From Cycas panzhihuaensis (Eukaryota > Plantae > Cycadophyta), in contig CM041465.1 of the NCBI GenBank assembly GCA_023213395.1, positions 207,583,741-207,647,740 on the forward strand: a DNA stretch of 64,000 nucleotides, read 5' to 3'. Positions 11,219 through 24,838 of this stretch are shown piece after piece. Positions within the stretch are counted from its first letter, which is position 1, and every line of letters starts with the position of its first letter. Made by a program: the position numbers and the translations under genes. Below the pieces are notes generated by a model, which saw nothing but the letters and a program-made list of their open reading frames with translations, searched no databases and was not told the DNA's origin.

Positions 11219-14200
11219 TGTCACAGAATAGGGTGAAGAAACCTATTCAGATTTGACAAGGGGAAGTCATAAAACAGGTTGAAGATACTTGTTCATGTGT
11301 GTTTGCATAAGATGCTTCTAAAAACACTTTGAAAATATATGAAAAACACACATGTCGACCATACTTATTCACATTAAAATGACATGCAAACAAATATATA
11401 AACCTCTCTAATTTGCATGTAGGTTTAAACACTAGTAAGAGCTCATTTAATAAGCATGAAGCTGTTGTTTTTTATGGGCAGAAATAAGCCAGATAGAGAG
11501 TGAAGCTAGACCAAGATGATGATCAACATGCAGATAGAATAGGCAATTTAATCTCTATTTAAAAGACATCACTAGTGTAGACCAGTTGAATAAGAGCGGA
11601 AGTGGTTCGAGACATTGAGTCGAATACATGAGGAATGCAAATGAAGATTGCACAAATTTGCTTGCATATTTGAAAATCAATAGACAGAAGGATATTCTTG
11701 ACTTGGCATATTTTAAAGTCCAATTATGATGAAATCAAAGTATTTTTAATTTTATTTTGGAGTTCAGATCCCCTTTGTGCCAGTGGGCCCTAGTCATATT
11801 GGTAGACAAGAAACTAAGTGACTTTCTGAATGCTAGAGCAATTATTTTGTAGTTTTGAAAAATATGTGTCTGTTATTTTTTAGTATTCTCTCATTTTCAA
11901 TAGATCATGTTAGAAATTTTTAATCTCATGTTGATTGTGTTGTCAAAAAGACCTGATTATAGCACTAAAAATCAGCTCAAAAAATTGGCCAAAGATTGAG
12001 AGAGACCCAAATCTTAATAAAATTATTATTTTTTGAGAGTGAATTGAGTGCAAGTGTTTTGAGGTCTCTTGGTGAGGATTTTAGGGCCCTTGGTGAGGTG
12101 TTTTGTGGCTCTTGGTGGTGTTTACAAGATAATCTTGCCTCATTGGATGTTCGTGTTGATGAAATTGTCTTGTTTTAGCTAATTTTCATCCATCCCATTG
12201 TGACTATTGCATGTGGCATTTTGATTTTTTACAACCTCATGTTAAAAAATGTCTGTCCCGCTTTGATTTTGGTCTCTAAGTAACTTTGCAATACTACAAA
12301 GTTTACAACACCACCGCAAAGTTCCAAACTTCACAGTACAATCGCGAAGTTCGCAGGATGAGAGTCAGTAAAGTGAAAAAAAAGGTCGTGTGCATTTGGT
12401 ATACAATTAATGAGCTCAGATGCATTTCTAACACTAACACCGCCAAAAATCTTGGGGAATTTGTTATTTACGTCCCCAAAAACCTGCTCACCAATGCCCT
12501 GACAATGAGTTTGAGTCAAATCCATGGGCAATTTTCCCATGGTTTAATTTTAAGCCACAGGTCCAATACCATTTTTCTTTATCTCAACATCTATAAATCA
12601 CCTCCCAATTCATGAAAAGGGGAGGCCAAGTTGAGACGTCGTTATGCTACTAAAATTTTATTGGATTTATGCTTTGCTTTGATTTCTCTTTGGTTTCCAC
12701 ATTGTAATTAGAGATTGAATGCTATTTAGAGTTGGAGCTTTCTCAAATTGGAGGAATAGACCAAGAGCTACATGTTCTACTTAAGAATTAGGGCATCATT
12801 CTTTTCACTTAGGTTTCATTCCATTCTTCCTTCTCCTTTTTAGTCATTGCACGTTTCATTTTATTGTTTTATTGAGTTTGTTGCTTGGTTTGATGTCTTT
12901 CTTGCTTGCTTGATTCACTTTACTGTTGTTGGAAGTGTTTGGCAAGAAGAAAAGGGGGCTTAGTAGCACTCTCTGTTAGAACCCTCAATGAATCTAAGAA
13001 GACAATGCTTCAATACATTAATGAGGAGAGAAAAACTCTCATATAAATATATCATATGTACATAAAGAGGCCAATGCATGTTGGCCAAGTGTCAATAATA
13101 CATTAAAGAGGGGTTACACACATAATCCTCAACTTTACCTTAGAGAACTTTAGAATACAAAATATATAACATTATTTCTCTAACATCCTTTCTTAATGTT
13201 TTATCTTTTGTCTTCAACACCAAGAAGATGCCTAAGATATTGAAATTTATCTTTTAGAAGTGCTTTTATGAGAATATCAACTAATTGTTCTTCGTTGCTA
13301 TAGTATAACATATCTATCTCTTTGGTTTGTACTTTCTCTTTGATAAAATGATAATGAACTTCAATATATTTTGTTCTAGCATGGAACACTAGATTCTTTG
13401 TTAGTTTGATAATACTCTAGTTATCACAAAGAATAGAGGCAGATTGGTCATGTTTTTGTTTCAAATCTTTAAGAATTTGTCTAACCCATACTACTTCACA
13501 TGTGGAACTGATACTTGCCTTATATTCTGCTTTGAAGGATGACAAGGCTACTGTGGACTGTTTCTTGCTATTTCAAGATATAACTACAAATCCAAGTGAG
13601 AAGCACTATCCTATGGTGGACTTCCTTTCTTGTTTGTCTCCTACCCAATCTGAGTCACTATAGCTGACTAACTGAATATTTGAAACTTGAGTATAGTTAA
13701 GACCCATTGTTTGGATTCCTTTAATATATCTTATAATTCTTTTAACAGCATTCTAATGAGACAATTTTGGATGCTGCATATATCTAAAAACAACACCAAC
13801 TAAGTATGAAACATTTGGCCTTGTAGCTGAGGTAGATAAGACTACTTATTAATTGTCTGTACAACGTTCCATCCATTGGTTGTCTATCATCATCAACATT
13901 CAAAATGCATTTGGTTTCCATTGGAATAACACAACTATTACAATCCTCCATTCTAATTTTTTAAAGGAGTTTTTTTGACATATTTTGTTTGGAATATGCA
14001 AATAGTACCCTTTTGTTGACTGACTTCAATGCCTAGATAATAATGAAGTAGGCCCATATCTATCATTTCAAATTGATTTTCTATTTGTAGCTTGACTTTG
14101 TGGATTGTATTATTATCATTTCTTGTAACTATCATGTCATCTACATAAACTACAATGATAGTTATTAAATTGTCTTTATTTATTTTAATATGAAGACTAA

Positions 14201-16747
14201 TGTTTAAGTCACATTTGCAAAAACTTGTTTTTTGTAGATGTTGATCTAACTTTGTATACCATGCTCTGGGTGTTTGTTTTAGTCCATATAGGACCCTTTT
14301 TAATTTGTAGACAAGATGTTCTTCACCCTTTTTCATGTATCCTATTGGTTGCTACATGTACACTTCCTCAACCAAATCACCATTCAAGAAAGCATTGTTG
14401 ATATCAAGCTATATGATGTTCCATTTGAATTGGGTTGCCATGGCTATGACTGTTCACACAGTAATTAATTTGGCTACTAGTGAAAAGATTTTCTCATAAT
14501 CAATTCCTTTTGTTTGAGTATAACCTTTTGCAACTAGTCTTGCCTTGTATCTTTCAATTGTACCATCAAAATTTTCTTTTATTTTGTATACCCACTTGCA
14601 ACCAACGATGGGTTTGTCTGCGAAAGCATCCACTAATTCCCAGGTCTTATTCTTTCGAATGGCATTGATTTCTGCATCCATGACTTCTTGCCATTTTGGA
14701 TGATCACATGCTTCTGAATAATTTTATGGTTCAATAGAGGGCCGTAACCTAGTTCTTTGTTCAAATATATCACCTCTCGATTCTTTAAGAGTTTTGATGT
14801 ACCACTTAGTTAACCTTTCTAAAGGTTCATGATTGATTCTTTGAGAGGAGTTTTGTTCTTCTTTAGAAAAGCTTTGCTCGTCTTCAGACAATTGATGTTA
14901 TTTTGAAATGCTTTGCTCATTTTCTACCTAAAGCTCACTATTTGACATATCTTTTTCTGCAGTAGTGACTTCAGAGATTTCATCAACTAGTACATGTATA
15001 TCTTCTTCAATTTGTCTATGCACTATTTTTTCCTTTTGATTTAATTGTTTATCAAAAGTCACATTTGTACTAACATAGATCTTGTTTGTTTTTGGATCTA
15101 TACATCTATATGTTTTAAATTTGTTACTATATCCAATCATAATGCATTCTATGCTTTTATTATCTAGCTTAGTTATTTTCCTATCATGAATGTGAACATA
15201 AGCTTTACTACCAAAGATTTTAAGATGATTTACATCTAGCTTTCTCCTTCTTTGAGATTAACTCTGAATAATTGTTCTCTGAGAGAGATTATTTGTTCTT
15301 CATTCTTTTGGTTTTATAGTGAGGCTAGAATTCTCCAAACCTTTAGAGAGGTGGAGGCAAAACCTATGTGGCTCAACAAGGAATCTCCTACAAACAACAT
15401 AATCGCAACCAAAGAAATCTCGTCTCTCTCTTCTCAACTAATCACATCCACTACATTAGTAGGTTTGATGTCCTTCTCTGTGACTATGTCCCATGCATTT
15501 TTCGCCATTGAGAGACCTTGTATTTTTAGTTTCCATATGCTATAGTTTTGCCTTGTGAGTTTATCAAACTCTTCGAGAGAAAAAAACTAAGGCCATTTTG
15601 AGTTAATGTCCTATATTTGAAGAGCAAATGAAAGATAAAAGTGCCAGACTACGAATAGGTCGTACGGTTGTACAATTGTACATATTTGTATGAAAAAAAA
15701 GATAACTACACAGAATGAGGAAGAAAGGGTCTCAAAATAAAGCTGAAGTTTTGCTCTCTTTGGAGCTATAATTTTTTCTTTTTCTTAATTCTCAAGATTC
15801 TTTAGAAAAAGCCCTAAAGATGTACGGTCATGTACATTGTTTTTTACCAAAACAAGCTTGTATCTTCTCAAAATTCTAGTGAAATCTAACAAACTTATAG
15901 GCAAATGAAAGATCTTGAAGAAATAAAGAGTACAGTCTAATTTCACCTTAACAAACCGAGAGATCTGAGAGAAATCTATGAATGAAGCTTTGAATGGACA
16001 CCCACTATAAAATTGTGTTTTCCCACTTAGCGGTGAAGAATTCGGATTTGAGCCTTTGGAATAGATTGATCTCCTCGCCAACACAAATCTACCCACCAAA
16101 TTTCATTTGATTCTGAGCACTTCAAAAAAATCACGTCCGTATATATTCGTACAGTTCCGTACTGTTATAAATGAGGTTGTGTTGCATCCTTTTCTCCTTA
16201 AAATAAACTAAAGCTACTTTCTTCAAATTGAATCTCTCAAGTTATCTCTTGCTAGGCTTAGATTTTAGATAGGCTTGGATTTGCAAACTTGCTTTGATAC
16301 CAAGTTAGAACACTCAATAAATCTGAGAAGACAATGCTTTAATGTATTAACCAGGAAAGAGAAACTTTCGTATAAATACATCATGTGTACATAAAGAGAC
16401 CAGTGCATGTTGGCCAAGTGTCAATAATACATTAAAGAGAAGTTGGACACATAACCCTCAACTTTACATAGAATACAAAAGATAGAACATTATTTCTCTA
16501 ACACTCTCAAAACTTAGAATGTGGTGGAAACCCCTCCAATTCTAAGACTTCACTTATTACATCTTTTGATTTGCTTTAAAATTGCAATTTCTACTTTGTT
16601 ATCTTGCTTTCAAGTAGTCAAATGTTCTATACATGTGCATGCACTAAAGATTGGCAGGTGGTGGAGTACTTCAAACTCGTTTTCTTATAGGTTGGTGGCA
16701 TCATGTGTATGTTGGAACTTCATCCTTGTTTCCCCATCTTCCCCACA
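11219..16747 (+). repeat. probable ~2 kb gypsy-type LTR, split by the copia at 12974-16503
   Basis: TG at 11219 after AAAGGGGAGA; TATA-like ctataaat near 12590; sequence continuous across TSD CTCTC; CA at 16747 followed by degenerate PBS-like ttagtgcc; boundaries uncertain. Confidence 0.4.
12974..16503 (-). mobile_element. internally deleted copia element
   Basis: LTRs 12974-13185 and 16303-16503; TSD CTCTC; PBS gctttgatacca 16291-16302; RT/RNaseH ORFs 13201-14681; gag N-terminus joined directly to integrase C-terminus near 15250. Confidence 0.92.
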
Positions 16748-17499
16748 AAATATTAGTGCCTGTTATATAGTAGAAATGCTACCAAAATTCTCTCCAAATC
16801 GCTAAAAAATGTATGACCAATCACTTTCACTTTTAAATTAATTTTGGGCATTTTCAATCATTTTAATACACTTTTCTTTATCAGACATCAATCTTACAAG
16901 CAAAAATGCTAACGGATTTTTCCTAGGAATCTTGTTATATGCACATGCTATGTATTTTGCTTGTTGCATCTTTGACAAAGTCCACACTGTGAGAATTTGA
17001 TTTAGTGAGAAATTCGATCACTAAAACTTAGAAACAAAATCTAGGTATTCTTCACCAAATCCTCTCCTCGTAGACTTTGTTTCATGAAAAGAAAAGGCAA
17101 AACAATGTGTTTTTAAGTTTGTAGTTTCATTTGAAAACGAAAAGAGAAAAGCTTGCTTGTGTGCATGCCATACCTACCTACTCTTTTCCATAGCATTACA
17201 TATAGTCTATTTTCTTAAAGCATTAAAAACATATAAAAGAAAAAGATGACAATGAACTTGCATGCTCATTTCGCATTGCATTTGCATGTGTTTGTGCATG
17301 TTAGCGAAGGCCTAATGGAGCAAAAGTTCGCACTTGTTACAATTCCTCAAATCCACAAGGCCGAAAGGCTTTCTCAGACTAGGACTTGTTTGTTGAATTC
17401 ATCTAATCAAAAGGAGCACGTTAGCTATATTATGGGTTTCTCTTGTTTTCCTCTTGTAACTCTCTTTTAGAATACGACCATTCTTCTACCGAAAAGGGG

Positions 17500-20400
17500 G
17501 GACCATTCACTTTCTACCCATATTTCATCATCGAATAAGAGAAATGGTCTTGTGCCTTTAGGTGGATAGAGTCTTCTGATCTGTATTCTGAAAAGTCCAA
17601 TGGAGGGCGCTTATTTTCACCATGTGGTCACGCATGAGATGTTGATAGCCAAGTGAACTCCATTTGTCCCATTGACATCAATGGCCTCTACTATCTCACC
17701 TCTTAGAGCTCAAGGCTTGTTGAAGTTGGATACATGCACAATCGGGCTACCTCACACTTGTTGTGAGATGGGTCACTACTATTAACGAGTCTCCATCATC
17801 TCATCCATGAGCAGATACATCCTATGGTCCTGACTCCTTCAGGCCTCTTGCTCTAGTCAGTCCCTTCACATTTTTCTAGATCAAGTCCATTGTTTTAGGA
17901 TCGTTTAGGAGCCACAGATAGGGTAGGTCAATCCACCTTGTATGGGTTAGTTGCAAGGTTAGGTGCATAAGTAGAACTTCATTTGGGGCACATATGGCCC
18001 AACAACACCCTTGCAATTTGAAGACCCTTTTCTGGGTGTTGTTTGGTCCCTCTAGGGGCACTTACTATTAGTTAGATCGATTTTATCTCTATGCTTTTAG
18101 TTTGTTAGCAACCCACCTTTGATTTCATACATGTTTGCCTTGCCATCTGCCCGTTTGCATTGTTGGCTTGCAGCTAGTTGTTAATCACTTTCTTCACAAG
18201 CTCAACCCCCTCTTTTTAACTCATTTTTTCACACATATTACACATTGCCTCTAGTCTAGAATCGGTTCCCTTTCACCCTCACACTTGTGGCTAAGAGACA
18301 CACAAGCACTCCACAGGAGCCATAGGTTTTTTCCCTCCTTGATTTGAATCCCCTTCACCCTAAGTCCACAACCAAGTTGTGCATTCATACCTCCCCTCCT
18401 GCGTTTCATTAGCAACCATACTAGGGACTCACCAGTGAGAGTTAGTGATACATTGTTGATTCTACCCTTCACTTTGATTAGATGTTCCACCTCAAGGTGG
18501 CATCCTTGATTAATACACCTTTCTTGTATGAGCACCCCTCACTCCCTTGGTGTTGCTTTAGGGTGCAAGTGCACATTCACTTGTTAGTTGATATTCGTTC
18601 TTCTCATTCACCTCCTACATGCCCCGATTCTCTTGATGGCTTCAAAATTCCCCCCCTTCCAATTCATTATTATCCATATCTTTGAGTCCATTGCTTGTCA
18701 AGCATCCCTCGATGGCAAACCAACCTCAACCTCAATGGTCTATCAACCCCTTCTAAAACCAGCCTCCTTATCAATCCAAGGACCTTTACGCAGTTCAAGA
18801 TCCCTACCAGATCTATGGTCAGGATTGGTCACACAAGACCAATCCCTTTGACCCTCATAGGCCCTTCCCTAATGGGATAGGCTCATCCTACCCTTTGTAT
18901 GAGCTTGACCCTACCTATCAAAATCCTATTTATTCCCCAACGTATGTCAACAGGGTTGCTCAACTCTATGACAACTCAATTAACTGAAGGGCCATAGCTC
19001 ATGCTTACCAATTTGATCAGTCCCAAGGGATTACCTTCCTCTATTCGTCCTAGACCCTGAAGAATCTATGGGATACTTTAACATTCGTAGGAGCCTAATT
19101 CGAATGATCTTCTGCATATACAACGTCTACTTGGGCTCACTACTTATTTGGGATTAGTGCGGGCCCAACTCCTTCCATTCCACCACCCCAACAACAAGAA
19201 GTTTCACAACCAAAGGTTGCTTCATAGGGGACAACTTCACAACCTGTACCCCCTCCTACCCAACCCCCATCGACAATAACCATGTCCATGGCTTCTTCCT
19301 CACTGGTAGGTCCTCCTCCTCTCACCCAACCAATTCCTCATTTGACTCCACCTGTCCCATCGACAAGTGGGCTCCTCACTTCAATCCCTCAACCCATTAG
19401 GACATGGTCCACATCCCCTTTTCGTATGTTTCCACCTCGTGCCATACCTCAACCCACAAGGCCTTGGGCAATGCCTAGTCCTACTCCTCGCCCTATCCAA
19501 CCTAGCCATAAATCCCCACAATCCACTTTTGTCCCACCTGGGTATGCTACTCAACAATGGGGTAGGGTGGGCCCTGCCCTCAGGCTCCTTTTGGTGTTAA
19601 TCCCCTCTGCCCATACAAGGTTGGCCCTCTAATCAGAGGTTCATATGGGCAAAACCCAGTTCCTCACCCCTCATCTCATCCGGCCCCGCTTTATCAAGTT
19701 CCTCCTACAAGAGGCTAGTAAGGTCCTTCACATTATCAAGTCGTTGGGCCGCAACCCACACCTACTTACCCAAGTCTACCAAGTCCACTACCCTCGATTG
19801 CATGCTCTCACCAACCTAGCTCAGTTATCCTAGTTCTTGTCTGTTGTAATTCAACACATCCCACAGGGAAAAAATATTGATACAAATCTCTTAGTTGCCC
19901 TCATTCTCAAGTGTCACTTACCACAAATGGGTGGCCCCCCTAGAGCTTCTGAGCTCATCAACAAAGTTGATCCTACGAGCCAACTCCTCATCAATTCTCA
20001 TCGAGTCTCCTTCTCCAGGACCCAACATGGTATGCTTCACCCCTATTAGTGTGGGTAGCTATGGGTACCTTGTATCCCTTAGCAACCCCAAGTCTGACCT
20101 TGACATTGAGGAGCCCCATGCATGCTAGGTGGCTACAATTTTTTGTAGTTAAGGGGTTGCATGCCCTAAAGATGTTCCCCCTTCATTTGACCTTCCTTTG
20201 TTTGGGTGCCAAATGGCCTCCCTAGAGTATCTTGTGGCCAACATCTCTCCTCCCCTAGCCCATAGGATCTCCCCCTTTGAATAGGCTTAGCTTGCACAAC
20301 ATGGCCAACACCTTGTTCATTCTTGTCACCCTAACTTTACTGAGAAGACTACCGATCCACCATGCATGACTTTGCCTTCTTCTCTACCAGTTTCACAACT

Positions 20401-20818
20401 CACTCATATCCTTAGACCACCCCATGGGTGGTTACCTACTCCAATGCAAAGTGGAGGATCTTAGAGACTCAAAACGACTAGACCTTTGACCAACACAACT
20501 TAGTCGACACCCTTGAGGTGCATCAAGCATGTCTTGGTCCTCAAGTCCATCATGTCACTCCAATCTTCATGTGGATTTAAAGTAACCTCCCTTCAAGGAA
20601 GGGTGTTGATCCTATCACCTTCTTTCCAATTCATTTTTGTACACATATTGCATGTTGCCCCTAGTCTAGAATCGATTCCCTTTTGCCCTTGCACTCACGT
20701 CCACAAGACACACGAGTGCCTGTAGAATCCATAGATTTGTTCCCTCCTTGGTTTGGATCTCCTTCACCCTCAAGACCATAGCCAAGTCATGCATTCGTAC
20801 CTCCCTTCTCATGTGTCA
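17500..20818 (+). mobile_element. degenerate gypsy-like sequence with Pro-rich ORF remnants and two related LTR 3' (U5) ends
   Basis: diverged direct repeats ~18215-18408 and ~20620-20818 (ctagtctagaatc...cctccc); first followed by TAGCAACCATACTAGGGA, resembling a decayed TGGCGAC...CTGGGGA PBS; Pro/Gln-rich frames 19100-19900. Confidence 0.5.
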
Positions 20819-23800
20819 ATGTTCAACAACCAACAGGCTTTAACCATCATTGGTTTGTTAGTGGAGGATGACCTCACCACACATTTGCAAGGAAAAGACT
20901 TAGTATTTGAAGCATGGCAGACTTAAAAGACCTTTTTGAAGTAAGGAATGAGATTGGGGTTTTATACCTAAGAAGTCTTTTATATTATTATAAGATGACC
21001 ACTGAAGACTCTATCTCCTCACATGTGCAAAAATTGAAGGAGATTAGAGATCATCTTATCAGAGTAGGCAAGACAATAGCAGATAAGGAACTAGTTAGCA
21101 TCACCTTGAATAGCCTACATGAAGGCTACCATATTTTTGTAACTAGTCTTTACTTGACTAAAAGAGCAAAGTCCTTATCATTTGATGAACTTGTTGAGTT
21201 GCCCCTAGATGAGGAGTAACAAATAGTTGCCCAAGTAGCAATAATGTTATGGTGTTAGCAACTCCATCCAAAAAGAAGGGCTATAAGAACCCTCCTAAGA
21301 ATGTCTCATAGCCTCCTTACAACAAAAATACTAATAAGCCTAAAAAGGACATATCTTGTAATTACTACAATAAGAAGGATCATCTTGAAAAAAAATGCTA
21401 GAAGAAGAAGAAAGACATGAAGACAACATCTACATCTGCATCAACATCTACACCAATATTTGCACCCATTTTGATAGCAAATAATGAACCGAATATGTTG
21501 GTTCTTCATGCATCTATGTTAGAATTTTAGTACCTAGATTTCAGAGCATCAAAGCATATCACCCCTCACAAGGAGTGGTTTAGCGAGATAAATGAAGGCT
21601 TCTCTTCTTCCACTATTCTTGCTGACAACAATCATCATAAATTCTTTGGTCAAGGTTCTATAACCTTAATCAACCTAATAGTAGGGTGTTTAAAGTCTCT
21701 AATGTTTACTATGTACCCTCTTGCAAATATAACCTGCTTTCTGTCAGTCACATAACTAAACAACAATTGGAAGTTGTTTTCAATACAACTGAGTGCCATA
21801 TCAAGAAAAAATATGTTATTGTAGCTCAAGGTTTTGAAGAGAATGGACTATAAATTCTCAGGAACCCTTGAGCATGCTTTTATTACATATGACTCCTCTG
21901 ACACTCTATGATATGATCGCTATGGTCATTTGAGCTATAGTAATCTTCGATTGTTGAGCAAGTTGCAGATAGTACATGACCTTCCCTTCATTCAAAAGAG
22001 TAGCAAAATATGTGACATTTGTTCTCTAGGGAAGCAAGATAGATATTTGTTTGTCAATTCCACACAGTCGCCTAAGAACAAACTTGAATTAGTTCGCTCT
22101 GATTTGTGTGGACCCATTTCACCTGTTTCACTTGGAGGTGCCAATTATTTTATGACCACCATCAATGATCTCAGAAGGAGATTTTGGATCTATCTCCTTA
22201 AGAATAAATCAAATGCTTTTGGCAAATTTAAAGAATTCAAAGCTGAAGTTGGGACCTTTTCTAGAAAGAAAATTAAGGTTATGAGGAGTGACAGTTGAGG
22301 CTAGTACTTGTCAAATGACATCATCAACTTCTGTAAAAGCCATGGCATTAAGTGTCAACATACTATAGCATACACTCCGCAATAGAATGGCATATCCAAG
22401 AGGAAAAATCACACAATTGTGGAGATGATTTGATGCTTGCTTAAGGCAAAAGGTGTCTCTAAAGGCTTCTAGGGTGAAGCTACTAAAACAATTATTTACT
22501 TGTTAAACAAGAGTCTCACTAAAGCAGTATGGAATGTGACTTCTAAGGAAGCACGAACTGACAGAACACCTTTTGTTTGCAATCTTTGTGTTTTTAGTTG
22601 TACTACTTATGTCCACATGCTTGATGTAAAGGGGCATAAACTAGATGACGAAAGCCAAAAATGTATTTTTATTGGGTACTGTGAGTCATCCAAAGCATAA
22701 CGGATTTGGAATCCTACATAGAGAAAGATTGTAATTAGCAGAGATGTATTGTTTGATAAGTCTAATGAGATCATTGTGCCTAGTGCAAATAATAAAGGCA
22801 AAGAATAATGTGAAACAGATGAAATAGATATATAGAGTGAAGAGGATAAGGACAATGATGGGCCTTCTCCTCTTGTAAAGAAAGTACCCAAATGGTATTA
22901 CCAAATCATTAAGGACTCCAAGGTTGATGACATCAACCTTGATGAAGGTATTTAGACAAGGAGTAAGAGCAAAGTCAATTATGTCTTGATGTCTAACATA
23001 TTCAGCATTGATGGGCCACAGTCATTCAATGAAGCCAAAGTTTCAATTCAATGGCAATCAACCTTGAAGGATAAGTATAACTCTATCCTTAAGAATGACA
23101 CATGGGACCTTTGAGCTTCCTTCAAACAAAAGAGCCATTGGTTGCAAATCGATATATAAAGTGAAGTATAGATCAAATGGTGCAGTTGACAAATACAAAG
23201 CTTAACTTATGGCCAAGAGCTATGCACAAAGAGTAGGTGTGGACTTCGAGAAGACCTCTGCACCTGTGGAAAAGATGACTACCATTCGAATGTTGATTAG
23301 TCTTGCATCTCAATTTGGCCGGATACTCTACCAAATGGATATAAAGAATGCTTTTCTTCACAACATTTTTGATGAGGAGGTCTATATGGAGCAGCCTGAA
23401 GGCTTTGTTAAGGTTGAGCAGCAACATCTTGTTTGTGGAATAAAGAAAGCTCTTTATGGGCTTAAGCAAGCACCAAGAGCATGGTACTCGCGCATCGATG
23501 ACTATCTTACTTAACTTGGATTCACTAGATATGAATTTGATCATAGTTTATATGTGAGACGCTTGGATGATGAGATTCTCATTATTGCACTTCATGTTAA
23601 TGATCTCTTCATTACTGGCAGTGATACTCTTCAAATTGACTCTCTCAAAAAGCAATTGTGCAATGTTTTTGAAATGTCAGATCTTGGCCTTTTACATTAT
23701 TACCTTGGTTTGGAGATTTGGTAGAAGGGCAACAACATTTTTCTATCAGAGTCCAAATATGCTCATAATTTGTTGAGACGATTCCACATGGAGGATTGTA

Positions 23801-24838
23801 AGCCAATGGCTACTCCCATGAAAGTTGGTCTCAAATTGACTAAGGAGTCTATCAGTGAGTTTGTTGATGCTACATTGTACAGGGAGTTAATGGGTAGTTT
23901 AATCTATCTCACTAACACTTGATCTGACATTAGTTATGTTGTTGGCATTGTGTCACACTTCATGAGTGCTCCATCCACTCTTCATTGGAAGGCAGTAAAG
24001 CGAATTTTGAGATATGTGAAAGGCACTATTAGATATGGACTCATGTTTGCTAGATGTAATGAGTTCAGACTATAGGGCTTCACTAAGTCAAAAAGGGTAG
24101 GGGATTAGGATGAGAGGAAATCTACATCAACATATGTTTTCACATTTGGTTATGGTGTGATCTCTTGGTGTAGCAAAAAACAGGCTATAATATCCTTGTC
24201 TTCCGTAGAGGTTCAGTACAAGGTAGCAGTTATAGCCACTTGTGAGGAAAATTGGCTCAGGATATTTCTTGGTCACTTTGGACTTATGTAGGATGATCCT
24301 ACACAACTATTCTATGATAATCAAAGTGTAATTTAACTTTTGAAGAATCTAGTGTTCCACTGTAGGATGGAGTGTATGGAAGTTCACCATCATTTCATTT
24401 AGGAGTAAGTGCAGGGCAAAGTAGTTGAGTTTGTCTATTGTCTAGCTGAGGATCAAATGGATAACATTCTTACTAAGGCCTTAAGTCGTGAGAAATTTGA
24501 GAGGCTTAGAGAACTTCTATTTGTGAGAGAGAATGATTTTACATTATGAGAGGGTGTTAGAAATAATGTTAATTCATTGTATCATTATTTATGACATTTC
24601 TTTTGGACCTAATGTTACGTATTGTAATTGTAATTCCCAAATACATTGTAACAACCACCTTTTATTGTTAGCCTTTAACTTTTGCTCTCATATGTGTGAT
24701 CTTGTGTAACGCCTCATGGCGTTTCCTCTTTGTATTTGTCGCCTCCACTCATGTATTAGTGAAGTTGATTGAGTGTGAGCTATGAAATAATACAAGTCCA
24801 TTATCATGCCATTCGTTTGTGCTTGTAAGCCTATATTT

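Noticed and set aside
11100-20830. copia gag start at ~11110 (DGNNYEA) continuing at 20819 across one giant insertion (ATGTC/ATGTT)
   Set aside because: The insertion would not begin with TG, and the implied LTRs (7041 and 24555) do not match
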